From: Octopus sinensis | Taxonomy: Eukaryota | Direction: 5' to 3' | DNA: 64,000 bases | Assembly (NCBI RefSeq): GCF_006345805.1 | Contig: NC_043016.1 | Location: forward strand, 18,848,001-18,912,000 | In this document: positions 48,535-62,463 of the stretch, piece after piece | Layout: every line of letters begins with the position of its first letter | How positions within the stretch are numbered: position 1 is the stretch's first letter | Program-made: the position numbers and the translations under genes | Notes under the pieces: generated by a model | The model's database searches: none | What the model saw: only the letters and a program-made list of their open reading frames with translations | Told to the model about the DNA's origin: nothing

Positions 48535-51500
48535 GAGAGAGCTCCGCGCTAAATAACAACATGGATGTGCTACTCGGTCTCTCCACACAAAAACAAATCT
48601 AATCTAATAACATCGGTGTAATGGGATAAAAAAAACATGGAAGACTTGAAGGAATGAAAATAATCACAAGAACGAAATTTTACTGCCATGCAAAACAAAG
48701 TTTCTTCCATGCACGATGTCTCAGTGAAACCTGTGCAAAAGGCACATGCAAAATCAACATCGGAAAATTTACAAATCATAAAATATAAGTGGAACAAAAC
48801 AGCAAGTACGTAAATTGATTAATTACGCACACACTCGAATGTCTACACAATCATATATAAATTTTAATACCCATAGGCCTACACATACATCCCAATGTCC
48901 ACACAACTACTTGAATTTTACAGGATACGCATTCATGCATGCGAAAGCACGTGTCACAAACGAAGTAAAAAAATTACAAAATAATTTTTTATTTTTCGAG
49001 CTAACACAAAAGGAAAAATTTATAAGGTTAAAGCAACACAAAAAACTATGCCCGGAGTTATATCTGTTAACAACGAAAAGTACAAAAGAATACAAATCTG
49101 TTAGCCTTAAGAAGCGACGTTACGAACAATGTTTTGATTCAGAGAACTCGGAGGCGCTCTTGTCTCAAAAAATTAGTCCAAAATACAAATCGGATCGGCC
49201 GTCACCCGTATCAACAAGGTCCACACACCCCAATGAGGAACCAGGCTGAGTACGAAAGATCAGCTACTGGTTCAATTCTTACCGAAACACAGGAGCTGGA
49301 AATACTCCATAACCGGAATGTTCCAACAGATGGCTAGCCACGCTAGGCATCAAATAACCAAAAGAAAAAAAAAGAATGAAAAATAGCCAAATAGAGACAA
49401 TAACGTAGTTCTTAAGGCCATCTATTTCCCCACAAATAAATCTGATACTGTACAAACCTACCTAAACTGGGGACAGAAGCACCTTGAAGTAAGGCCCTAC
49501 ATAGTAACAAACTTGCCAACACCTGAAGAAACTGTATGAAAAAGAAATTATTAACTGAATTAGAGATTGACCAAATTAAACAGTCAGTAAGGGATAAAAG
49601 GAACGAAGTTGCAGCTAAAGAAGATACTACAGAGGAAATAATTATAGACTAACCCAAGTCTGATGAAAATTCAGTAGTGATAGAAAGAGTCAATGTAACT
49701 GATAAGCAAAGTGAAATTACTCTCTGAACCCACCATAAACACCAAGTCAGATTAAAATCAAATAGATGAAGAAAGACACACAGAAATTACCCAACTGAAC
49801 TAAATGATCTAAAAAAAAAACAAATCATGATTGAATGGCTGAAAATTAAAGAAACTAGAATGAATGAACGTGACACTCTCAAAAATTCGTAACTCTAACC
49901 AAAACCTGAAGGTAATTCGTTCAATATGCTTGTACTTAAGGATATAATTTCAGCTAATGATATTGATATTACAGATTTGAACCACTTGTATTATGCATCC
50001 GCGAAAATCTCAACGATTCTATGAGGTGAAAAGAATAGAAAACGACAACATCCCCACAAAAAGCCTATTTGGCATGAGTGTGTTCAACACCAAATATTCT
50101 GGCATCGGATATTTAAAAACCTTAAGTTTGACAAAACTATGACACCAACAAAAATCCGAAAATTAAAGAAGAAATATAATATGAAAACCATACACGACAT
50201 CAATACCACCGTAGAAACTATCAAGCAAAAGGAAGGTGTTAAAGATGTCCGCATAGCATGGTATGAAAAGCGCGTAAGATCCTTCAAAGACAACATGTTC
50301 AAACATAAGCCAAAACTTTTTCGAGAGGTAATGCACCACTTACAGTAAAGTCTGTCCCATCAAAAGAAGTGCAGGAATTTTGGAATAAAATTTGGAAAAA
50401 AAAAACACACAATGAAAAGGCCTCTCAGATTGATAGAATATCTACTGACTTAGACTCTAAAAGTGGGAGAGTATCAAGGTAGAGGGTGTAAGATCTGCTC
50501 TCAGGAAGTCAAGCAAATGGAAGTATCCAGGAAAGGATAAAATTCCTAACTTCTGGTTGAATACCTTCCCAGAGAGCCATAAACTGCTAACAAAACTTTA
50601 CAACACTGTTTTGCAACATCTTAGTATGATCCCCTCCTGGCTAGTTAATAGTTTAACATTCCCACTTCCAGAAAATGAAGAAGCAAATGAATCAAAAAAT
50701 TATCGACCCATAACCTCCTTAGCAACAATGTATAAAATACTAAACATCTGTCTTGACTGAATATACTTATAGTTTTTTAATAGAAAGTGGCATATTCCCT
50801 AATGAGCAAATATGATGTAAACGTAGGTCCTATGGTTATAAATATCAGTTATTCATCAATAAGATGATCTTGGAAGATTGTCACACACGAAGCAAACATT
50901 TGTCGATAGCCTGGATAGACTATAAAAAAGCTTTTGATAGCCTATCATATAGCTGGATTAAGAAATGTCTGGAAATGTATAAAATAGCACCTACTCTGCG
51001 AAACATTTTGCCTGTAAGTATGAGATCATGGAGAACCACACTGACTTTGAACAGTAACAATGAATCTCTCAATGCTGGGGATGTAAGAATTTCATGTTGA
51101 CTCTCTATCACTACTTCGCTTTTGTCTAGCCTTAATACCTCTCTCAAAATTGTTCGATGATGTACAATGTAGCTAGAAAATGTTTGATAAAAATATAATT
51201 CATCTCTTTTACAGGGCTTACTAGCGATTGTTAAACAGTTCAATGATGACATCAGGATGCAATTTGGTCTCGATAAATGTGCAAAAGCTACCTGTACCAG
51301 AGAAAAAAATGACAAAAACATCCAACTTTAATCTTAACCAGCAGAATGCCATAAAGGAGTTAAAACCAGCGGAGGGCTACAGATTCCTAGGAGTATTTGA
51401 AGGTGATAGAATCAAACATTCAGTGATGAGGGAAAGAATCAGAAAAGAATGTTTTTGCAGGGTAAGTACAGTATTCAAGACAAAGCTGAATGCAAACAAC

Positions 51501-52807
51501 AGGATCGGAGCGATGAATAATTTAGCCATACCGGTCATGACTGACAGTTTCAATATCATTAACTGGTCAATTACTAAAATATGTAATCTTGACAGAAAAA
51601 TATGAAAATTGTTGACAATGCATAGAACGTACCATCCTAATGCAGATACAGAACGACTTTACCTGCCAAGAAAATTGGGTGACCGTGGACTTTTACAACT
51701 GAAATTAACAATGAAGACTGCCACAATTGACGTAAACGCTTACCTGGAAAACTCTGATGACTGGATATTAAAACCCTAATCCTAATTCCAAATACAACAA
51801 ATCCTAGAATTAGACGTACTGGAAACAAGCACAGTAAACGCTGAGTATATAAAAATCCGTGCTAAAACTGCTGCCTCGGATATTCTTACTGATAAATGGC
51901 AAGAAAAACATCTTAATGGCAAATACCCAAAGAGAGCTAATAATGCCGATGTTGACAAAGCCCTTACCCATCAATGGTTAGTGTCTTCTTGCTTAAAAAC
52001 AAAAACAGAAGGGTTTATCATAGCAGCCCAAGATTTATGCCTACTTGTAAGAAACTACCAGGCCAACATATTAAAGAACGGCAGCAGCCCAACATGTCAT
52101 GTCAACAACAAAGTGAAGCCATTGATCATTTTGTCCCCATGTGCAGTCTTCATGCGCCTACAGAGTATCTTAACAGGCATGATTGAGCAGCACAATATAT
52201 TCACAGGGTAATTTGCATAAACCTCGACCTGTCCCATGATAAAAACTGGTGGGAACACAAACAACTTCCAGTGCTTGAAAAGGATAACATCTCACTACTC
52301 TGGAACTTCACCATTCAAACTGACAGAAAGATAGATGCGAACAGGCCAGACATTATATTGAGGGTCTTCAGATAAAAATCATGCCTCCTCATTGATATAA
52401 CTGTTCCAATCGACATAAATGTATCTGTCAAGACCTACCAAACATTGAGCAAGTTTAAAGAACCTGAAATAGAAATTAGCAAAATGTGAAATTTCAAGAC
52501 TAAAACAATACCTGCTGTCATAGGCTGATTCCTACTTAGCTCAGATACCAAGAAACCCAAAAATGGCAGAAATTCAAAAGATAGTGCTAATGGGAATTGT
52601 CTATATCCTACATAAAATACTGTCTATATAATCTCAAAATTCAAAACAAACTTATAATTTCTTGTTTTTTTCAAACATTCTCTAGAACAACGCTATGTAC
52701 AAAACCAAATATATGACACCCTAAGCATAAAAACCAGCTTGAACTTCTTACTTGTCTCTGGTGGAGTCTTGGAGTCAACTTGTACAAATACAAAACAAAA
52801 GTCAAAC

Positions 52808-52810
<3 letters not shown>
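48535..52810 (+). mobile_element. Near full-length but degenerate R4/Dong-like RLE LINE
   Basis: NYRPITSL.TMYKIL, IAWIDYKKAFDSL..SWI, LKTKTEGFIIAAQD, ANRPDII..LLIDITVP; many stops and frameshifts; flanked by (TAA)n on both sides. Confidence 0.9.
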
Positions 52811-52894
<84 letters not shown>

Positions 52895-53078
52895 TAATAA
52901 TTATAATAATGATGATGATGACGACGACGACGACGACGACGATGACGACGACGACGATGACGACGACGACGATGACGACGACGACGATGACGATGACGAT
53001 GATGATGACGATGATGATGATGATGACGATGATGACGATGATGATGATGATGACGATGATGATGATGACGATGATGAC

Positions 53079-53126
<48 letters not shown>

Positions 53127-53137
53127 AATAATAAAAA
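52811..53137. repeat. (TAA)n-(GAC/GAT)n-(AAT)n compound microsatellite
   Basis: Directly visible; the Asn/Asp/His ORFs are artefacts. Confidence 0.97.
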
Positions 53138-54890
53138 TAATAACCTAAAACTATACGCTGCAAATGACACACAGCTGGAAACACTTAAAGACAGTTCATG
53201 GATTTACCAAAGAAATAGATATGAAATTTGGATTAGAAAAATGCGCCAAAGTAACCATGAAAAGAGGAAAACTAGTTAAGAGTAGCAACATCACACTAGA
53301 TAAAACCAATGAAATAAAAGAATTAGACCAAGGCCAAACTTACAAATACTTAGGAATCCATGAACCAGATAAGACACAACACACACAAATGAAAGAGAAA
53401 ATAAAAAAAGAATATTATAGACGAGTTAGATCAATACTAAAAACAGAGCTCAATGATAAAAACAAGATAATAGGTATTAACACTTTAGCCGTCCCAGTTA
53501 TAAGTTACAGCTACAATATCCTTAACTGGACACTAAATAAACTGACCAAAATAGATAGGAAAACAAGAAAAATAATGACAGGATCTAGGATGCATCACCC
53601 AAAATCTGACATAGAAAGACTATATATACAACGTATAGAACGTGGTAGAGGCCTTATACAGCTGGTAAACTACTATAAAATAACCACCATAGAACTGCTA
53701 AAACATCTACTTCAGAAGGAAGGAAAACTGATACAAATAGCGGCAAAACACGAGCAAAACAAAAAACTGTTCTCAGTATTTAAGGAAGCTGACAAATACA
53801 AACAAGAAATCATACCACTTAACAAATATGAAGAAGAAGAAGAAGAAAAAGAAGAAGAAGAAGAAGAAGAAGAAAAAGAAGAAGAAGAAGAAGAAGAAGA
53901 AGAAGAAGAAGAAGAAGAGAAGAAGAAGAAGAAGAAGAAGAAGAAGAAGAAGAAACAACAAAAGCTATAAAACAAATGAAATCCAAACTAAAAATAGAAC
54001 AGCAACGAACCATGATAAAACGATGGCAAGAAAAGCCCCTTCATGGCAAATACTGGACTAAACTAAATGCAAAAGAAATAGACAAAGAAAAATCCCAGCA
54101 ATGGTTGAGAAGCTCAGGACTCAAAGCAGAGACAGAGGGATTTTTAATTGCAGTACAAGACCAAAGCCTCCCCACCAGAAATTACCAAAAACATGTAATG
54201 AAAAGAAATATAACAAGTAACTGCAGAATATGTGGAGATGGACAAGAAACAGCAAATCATATTATCTCTGGCTGCCCAGTCCTGGCTAAGAAGGAATATA
54301 TTCACAAACACGACAGAGTTGGGACCTACATACACTGGAAGCTATGCCAACATTATGGAATAACAACAGAAAAAAGATGGTATAGGCACACACCAGAAAA
54401 GGTCACAGAAAACGAGAAAGCAACCATACTCTGGGATATGCCAATACACACAGATAGAGAAATTAAGGCCAACAGAGCAGATATAGTTGTCAGAGATCGC
54501 GAAGAAAAAAAATGCTTTCTAATTGACGTATCAATACCAGCAGATGACAACGTGTCTCTAAAAGAAATGGAGAAACTTTCAAAATACAAAGACCTGGAAA
54601 TAGAGGTAACCAGAATGTGGAATCTAAAAACAGAAACAATTCCTATCATAGTAGGTGCATTAGGCATGATAAAAAAATATTCAGACAAATACATAACAAA
54701 AACACCAGGACTTACAAACACATATAACATACAGAAAATTGCACTACTAGGCACTGCACACATCCTACGCAGAACACTTTCCATACAATAACCATCAGAG
54801 CATCACAACAAATCACAGCACATACCTAAGGCACACAGAGCTGCGCTCGTTAGTGAAGTGAAAGTACGCTATAAAAATAAAACTACTGAA
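53138..54890 (+). mobile_element. 5'-truncated, young R4/Dong-like RLE LINE
   Basis: Starts at LKLYA (RT motif region); FGLEKC, YKYLGI, GGRGL-like ERGRGL, CRICG...ETANHIISGC, RADIVV..LIDVSIP..EKLSKYKDL; 3' UTR ends in (TAA)n. Confidence 0.93.
53164..54791 (+). pseudogene. RT C-terminus + CCHC + RLE endonuclease ORF, split by a (GAA)n expansion
   Basis: ORFs 53164-53970 and 53976-54791; the frame change lies inside the GAA run (gaagaagag aag). Confidence 0.9.
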
Positions 54891-54901
54891 TAATAATAAT
54901 A

Positions 54902-54979
<78 letters not shown>

Positions 54980-54999
54980 CAACAACAACAATAATCTTT

Positions 55000-57900
55000 C
55001 CTTTATTGGCCTCAAGGTCCGAAAACAAAGCATAAAACGGAAAATACAAAAATGGGTAACAAGTGGGGCTTAGCACACATAAAAAAATTAACGACAAAAT
55101 TCAAACAATGAAATTCCTCAGAAGTAGTGAAGTTCCACTCTGGCTCCGAGCTGCAGGCCCACCAGCTTCTGGTTAATCTTTGCTTCTGACACCACTTCGT
55201 ACTTTTTTAATTTAGTACCGATCACCTCGGTTTCCGAGATGTCCGACACTATTATGATGTCGTCCGCATAAGCTGACACGAACCTTCCGTATCCTAGTTC
55301 ACGCAAATGCACCTCGAAACATCCAGTTTCCGTCGCAAAGTTCAAGAACTGATCAAAAGCCAATCTCGGCGCCAATACGTCAGTCGCTATACCTCTTCCA
55401 TTTACCTTTCATAGCTTTCCAACTAGATGTCCCTATATTCTAGCTTTTTCTAACGCTATTTACATCTTTACTCTAATAGCCCTTTTCAGAGCTATCCACC
55501 ATCAGTTGTTGGTAATTGCATCCGATAACTTTCGGAGGACTTGTTAACCAGGACTCTGAAATCTTGAAGTGCCGACAAAGACGCGTTCAATTTCCCGTAT
55601 CCGGATCCCTGACTATAGATTTTATCTAGGCCGACCGTACAGATCCCAAATTGGTATTCTGTGTAGCCGACGACTTTGGATTGTGGTTAACTTATACTAC
55701 TTCTATATACAGGCTTATAAATTACTCTATCAAGATACGATCTGGGAGAACAGATACTGTTTACCCATGTTCACATTGGCGCATTCGGCAAATCCAGTTG
55801 GTCCATGTCAGCCAGTTGTAAGCCGCTGAGCAGTTTTGTATATTTTGTGGAGCTTTTGGAACCCCTCTTCTATCGGCTAGCTCCAGCATATCCAGGCATA
55901 AGTCCAAGGTGGAATTCCTATCACCCACTAGCACTAAAGAGCAAGACATCTCCAGGAAAACCTCGAATCGTCTGAAGAAATCCAGCTATCCTGCCCCAGG
56001 CGGAGCGTACACAGCGACTACTCTACACGCACCACCTTCACTATTGCTCACATTCAGAACCTCCAACTCACCATCTGGGTCCAGGAAAATCGTCAATACC
56101 TCGAAATCCAGGCTATTCTTAGACAGCATTGCCACCCCGCCTCCGTCCCTTTTCAAGAAGACTAAGAAATACTTAGATCTTAAAGTCGTCGAAAATAAGG
56201 GCTTGATCGTGTGTGTCCAAAATCCTCGTCACATCCACCTCTAGTGCTCTGATGTCGTTGGCAGGTGACTTTGCTTCCAGGGCGCTTCCAGTCCACTAAC
56301 ATTTATACAACTCATTCTTAAGCTTCCATAACTTGTTGATGTTCCTTTGGGAAACCCCTCAAAAACCTACTCGTAATTTTGACATTAGGACGTCCCACAT
56401 CGTGAGGGATCCTCTTCATAAAGTCTTTGTAATATTTCCAGCGGCATATGCACCATTACCAATGTTTCTGGTACTTGAACGGTGCTGGTGCTGAAGATCT
56501 CACCCTCTGTCTTGATGTCCTTCCTTCGTACTATGAGGGCCGTCAGTTCTCTGTTGACCCTCCTCACTAACACGATGGTTTGTGTTAGTGTGGTTGGTTG
56601 TTTTTGGAGGGTGTTTGCTTTTAATGGGTTGTTGCGGTTGCGCTAATATTGATGGAGCTGATTATGAAAAATGTAGATGTGTTGATTGTGGCGCTGGAAA
56701 TGTTGGTGTTACTGCAGGTATGTCTGTGAATATTACAAGTATGTCTTTAAATTTTTGACACGTATGCGTTGGTGTGTGACATGGTGTTCCAATGTTTTAT
56801 TTTTATTTTCTTTTGGTTTCGTTGGGCGGGGATTCTCCTCATTTTCACAACGTGATGCAGATTTATCAGTTTTAGTAGAGTCTATGTGTGTATTTTAGTT
56901 TAGAGGAGACGGAGAGAGAGACAGACAGAGAGTTGTGGGGAGAGCCTCTGAGTGTTGTGTGTGTCCGTTGTTAGTTTTCTTTCTGATGATGAAAATGGTG
57001 GTGGTTCATCTGCTGGTGCTGGTGCTGTTGGTATTGTTGACGTTGTTGGTGTTACTGTTGTTGCTGATGTTCTTTAAGGTGTTGTTGGTTTTGCTGTTGC
57101 TGTTGTTACCGGAGTTGCTACCACACTTGTTGTTCGCTGGTTTAGTTTTGGGGACCTGGTGATGATAGTAAGACAGACCTATGATTCCCTTTAGTCTGTT
57201 GAAGGCAGAAATCACTCAAGTGGCACCGAGGCCTTCTACTTTCAACTGTAACTTGCAGTTTTTCCTCCCATCCCCTGCGAATGAGTGAATGAGATCTGAC
57301 AAATGCGGTCTGAGATCTTGTGGATCGTATCTGGTTTGATGTGGAGTAGACCGAATTTTACGACTGGTTCACTTCACCTTCAGGAGACTGTTATTTCTTT
57401 CCAATGAGATGCTCGCTAAAATTCACAATATATTTTTACCTCAGGTGGAATTACTGAGATCTTCACTCTCACTGTAGTTCTTCCAAAATATGATGGATGG
57501 AGAACATAGCTTTCGCTCCGACAGGGAATCGCGGTTTGTTTGACGACAAGAGCTTCCATCTTGAAGAACACTGAAATTCTCACAAAATGTTGGTTATCAA
57601 GGTACACAAAATGTTGGGCATTATTTGTTCCACGTCTGACAAGCTGTTCCCGGCCGTTTTGTTTCTGGAAGCTCCTTTATATATAACAATTTTTTTGTGC
57701 GTGTTGGTGTTTCTGCCAACACCTCGCTGAGTATGTCAGATCATGAGTTTTCAAGCTTTATCAGTTTGGCTGCTTGGGTCAGCCATGTCTTTTTGTAAGA
57801 TGTCCATCTTATGCAGTTCAGTGACTTTAGCAGCCGCTGCTGCAAATATATTGTTGTTATTGTTGTTGATGTTTTGGTTGTTCACGTCGGAAATGTTATT

Positions 57901-58330
57901 GTCATGTGTGTTGCCGAGGCTACAGTTGTTTTTGTTTTTAACCCTCTATCTTAATTTTGGGTGTTGCAGTGATAGTGGTGATAGAATATTTTGTCGTTGT
58001 TGTTTGATATCTGTGATATTGTCACTTTCATTGAGGGAGGCCAATCTCAGTTGGAATAAAAAACCACGTGTTACGTTGTGTCGTTGTTGTTTTTATTGTC
58101 GCTGTTAGTCGTTATAGTGGTGTTTTGGTTCACAGTACTGGATGAGTGTTCACCTTACCTTTCATTTGAGAGTCGAAGGCGGAGGACTCTGAACTGTATT
58201 GCAACTCGCTATCAGAGCTACCTCTGATTTTTTTCTCTATGTCTCTGAGCAGGGTGGACATCACCACGTTTGCTTTTAAAATTATTTTCCAAACCAAAAT
58301 GAAAATTTTCTTTTCGAATTTGAGCCCGCA
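55000..58330 (-). mobile_element. Deleted L1/Tx1-clade LINE (ORF1, APE endonuclease and RT pieces)
   Basis: SAYADDIIIV..YEVVSEAKIN..LVGLQLG (RT), LVLVGD.N (APE), Q/N-rich ORF1. Confidence 0.75.
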
Positions 58331-58518
58331 AAGGGGCACAAAGAAGCACATCAACAAGGTCCATGCAATGGTGGTTGTTTCAACAAACGTTTTGCAACAA
58401 AAATAACCAATTATCGGATTTTAGAGACACAAATAAAACGAGAGAAATACTTACGGAGTACACGACTCACCTTCAGCCAGTACGAGTACCAATAATATTA
58501 ACAACAACCAGAATAACA

Positions 58519-58590
<72 letters not shown>

Positions 58591-59132
58591 TACCAGACAG
58601 TGGCTCTCATGGCTTCTGATCTTAACTGATTGGAAGTGTTATCATGTACATTGTTTTGTCTTGGTATAAAAGATGGGCTACAGCAAATATTCTGCTCAAT
58701 ACCACAGATTTGCTTGTCAGTTGTTTGACCTTAACCAGTTGAGCATGTCCCTTAGTGGCTGACGATATGTGCATCTCTGATCACGAGCAGAAGTAGTGGG
58801 GGAGCATCATAGCCATGTGTTGAGAAGGATTCTTTGGGGTTTGAATAATTCACCTCTGGAAACATGGGTGTTTCGTTCAACGTCCTTAAACAACCCTTAT
58901 TCAGGGACCTTTTGAGCGGGATGGGTTACTCGACCAAAAGAAAATTCTAACTGGGCTCCAACTGCAAGGTCATGTGCTGTTTATCTTGATATGAGATCAC
59001 CATGTCGCGCACATATGGTTGTGATGCATGTGCCTGGTGTACCCTTATCAGACGGGTAGTCATGATGGGTATACTGGGCTTCGTATATTTTACCCCAGTG
59101 TCACTTTGATGGCATGCTCTGCTCGCTCACTC
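58591..59132 (+). mobile_element. ~540-bp non-coding dispersed element bounded by (TAA)n tracts
   Basis: Sharp boundaries between two TAA/CAA tracts; ends ctcgctcactc(aat)n; recognised as an octopus repeat, class uncertain. Confidence 0.55.
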
Positions 59133-59201
<69 letters not shown>

Positions 59202-59225
59202 AACAACAACAACAACAACAATAAC

Positions 59226-59282
<57 letters not shown>

Positions 59283-60790
59283 CAAAACGAAGAGCGCAAT
59301 GCGATTGCAATAGATATTTTATTGGTCGAACGATATTTCGACAGCAAGCCTGTCTTTGTCGAGTTCAAAATGAAGAGTGATAGAAATTCAAAAATTATTG
59401 AAATTCAAATTTAAAATATGAACGAGAGTAACTAGTGTCCACACGTTGATGGTATGACACCATCAGTCTTCAAGTTTCAATTTTACAACTGGCGAAAAGA
59501 AAAAGAAAGAAAAAGTGAAAAGAAGATATGGAAAGAAAAAAGAAAAGGGAGAAGAAGAATATTCAATCAAACAGTTTTGTGTAAATATGATGAAATTCTC
59601 CGGCCATTTTATTCTTTCCTCCAGAGCGTTGTTAATAACTCGCAAACATATTTCTCCTCGTGCATTTTGAGCATTGAAAGTGTAGCAGATTCAGAATATT
59701 TTCTGAGAATATGCATTTCCACGTCTTTTTCAAAATTGCAGCCGTTTGATGTAAAATGTTCAGCAAGTCCTATAGAACTACTGTTATTGTGCATGACGTC
59801 ATATTTCTGCCCATTAAATCTTTTGTTTAATTGTTCTGTTGTACAACCAACATAAATCAAGTTGTGTTTCGTGCATTCTATTGCGTACACTAATGGGAAT
59901 CTGTATAAATCATAACATTTCTGATGTTTCCTATTAGAATTGACTTGACTCATGTTATTGCACAATGACCAGTACTTAGCTCTCTTGCGGCTATTTTGCA
60001 ACGTACAGCGTGGCTGAGTTCATATCTGTTTCAAACGGTAATATTTGTCCACAACATGCTGGTAACTTTCATGCAACACGTTTGAAATGCCAGCAAAATA
60101 TCGGTGCCAGTTAATCACTAAAGGAATTCTGTCACATATTGAACTGGGTTTACTAAAATTATGCGTGAAGGATTGACTTTCTTCGCTGTCATTTGCTATT
60201 TTCTTTAACCGCGATTCAGTGTAATCGCGTTTGACATAATAGTGTACAAAAGCATTTGCATATTTCCAGTAATGCCCTGTATCAGTACAAATCTGTTTTA
60301 TCCTCAAAAATTGGGATTTCGGATTTGACCGAATTATATGATGTGGATGATCGGAGCGGCGGTGAAGGTAAGTGTGGGATGACGTGGGCTTGCATAATAA
60401 CTCTGTCATTATTCTGCCTCAGGAAAATTTAACTTTTGTGTCTAAAAATTCAACGCTAGTTTTTGAAACTTATGTTGGACTTAAAGCCATAACTTTTAGC
60501 ATAATAGCCACAGAAATGCAAGAAGTCAATTAAACTATCCTGTGGTCCTTCCCAGACAAAAAATACGTCATCAATGGACCGTAACCAGAGTATTGGTTCA
60601 TGACCATGTAGTTATCTGAATGTCTTCAGTAACTGTCATTGTGGTACCCATAGTGCTAAAATCTTTCTCCAAACCTCAATAGCCTACAGAGAAAATTTAT
60701 GGAATATTTTTGTTTCACTATTTTTTGAAGGGATACATACATACTTCTACCTTTCATCGTGGTCAATATTGGGATATATGGAAGAAACTT
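59283..60790 (-). mobile_element. Penelope-like element 2 (RT C-terminus, GIY-YIG, 3' UTR)
   Basis: YLHRRSDHPHHIIRSNPKSQFLRIKQICTD; LVYAIECTKHNLIYVGCTTEQLNKRF; the 3' end abuts (TAA/CAA)n. Confidence 0.9.
59326..59368 (-). ncRNA. Variant minimal hammerhead (U3-A8, C4), apparently intact fold
   Basis: rc: ttgaac-TCGACAA-a-GACAG-gcttg-CTGTC-GAAA-ta-TC-gttcga. 6-bp stem I, 5-bp stem II, palindromic AUAU stem III, AUC triplet. Confidence 0.65.
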
Positions 60791-61379
60791 CAATGTTTAC
60801 CAAAAAACAGTTTCCGACATGGCTTCGGTGCTTAAAAAAAGTTGTACATACACATATATATAAAAAAAATGCACTTGCATTGTGTCGCTACCGTAACCAT
60901 ATTGATTACCATTACTACCATCGCTCTACCTATAGCATTTAAAGTTATCGATAATTTTACGTTTACATTTGCAGTTAACACTTAATACTATCTTTTGTGC
61001 TCCCTGCATGAATGCTAATCCAGGGGTCATTCTCAACTAATTTTTAGTTCCTTTACTAATTTTTACTTCAAGTGCTTCGATATTCATTGGTTTTGTAACC
61101 GTTTTGAGATGGTATCTTTGCTCCAACCACTGTGGTCATCTGTTCCCTGTTCTCTTCTGGTTTTGTTTTCCGCTCGGGCAGTGACATTAGTAGAGGGATC
61201 TTCTTGTTCAGAGGTAACTTTTCCGCCGATCTCCGTCTCTTGTTGTATGATATCTTTCGTTTTCGTATCTTAAGCGCCTCAGGCTCATATATAGAAATTA
61301 GCCTTTATTTGTTTTCAAAGTTTTATTTTCGACCATCAGATTCAAATCTTGACAAATGCCAGCAAATTAGTAGCTAAGC

Positions 61380-62110
61380 GGATAACATCGACCCCCACCC
61401 AGTGCTCGACTAGTACTTATCTCATCGCCCCCGAAAGGATGAAAGGTAAAATCGACCTTGGTGGCATTTGAACTCAAAAGTTAAAGACATGAAATGTTAA
61501 ACGTTAATCATGTTTTTAATTTTGGACCAGGGTCAGGAGTTTTTGAGGGAAGGAGGACGTCGACTCCAGTACTGATTGGTATTTGTTTTATCGACCCTGA
61601 AAAGATGAAACAGGATTTTCATCGAGTAGGAAGAGGAATCGGAACGTGAAGACAGACGAAATGTTGGTAAGCATTTTGCCTGGTACGTTAATGATTTTGT
61701 CAACTCGTCGCCTTAATTAATAATGATAAATCTTTCTACTTTAGGTACAATGCCTGAAATTTGAGTGGAGGAGCAAGTAGATTACATTGACCGCAGTGTT
61801 CAACTGGTACTTATTTCATCGACGCCGAAAGGATGACAGGCAAATTTGAACTCAGAACTTTAAAACGAACAAAATACCTATTTCTTTATTACCCACAAGG
61901 GGCTAAACACAGAGGGGACAAACAAGGACAGACATAGGTATTAAGTCGATTACATCGATCCCAGTGCGTAACTGGTACTTAATTTATCGACCCCGAAAGG
62001 ATGAAAGGCAAAGTCGACCTCGGCGGAATTTGAACTCACAACGTAACGCAGACGAAATACCGCTAAGCATTTCGCCCGGCGTGCTAACGTTTCTGCTAGC
62101 TCGCCGCCTT
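61380..62110 (-). mobile_element. Cluster of SINE copies (three diverged partial copies, one full copy at 61879-62110)
   Basis: Repeated atcgaccccgaaaggatgaaagg..gaactc motifs. Confidence 0.85.
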
Positions 62111-62124
62111 AATTAATAGTAGTA

Positions 62125-62175
<51 letters not shown>

Positions 62176-62285
62176 TAATAATAATAATAATAGTAATAGT
62201 AATGATGATGATGAGGAGGAGGAGGAGGAGGGGGTGGATGGTGGTGGTGGTGGTGATGATGTTGATGATGATGATGATGCTGATG

Positions 62286-62316
<31 letters not shown>

Positions 62317-62333
62317 TAGTAATAATAATAATA

Positions 62334-62364
<31 letters not shown>

Positions 62365-62381
62365 TAGTAATAATAATAATA

Positions 62382-62419
<38 letters not shown>

Positions 62420-62463
62420 TAATAATAATAATAATAACGATAAATAATAATAATAATAATAAT
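62111..62463. repeat. (TAA)/(GAT)/(GAG)/(GGT) compound microsatellite
   Basis: Directly visible. Confidence 0.97.
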
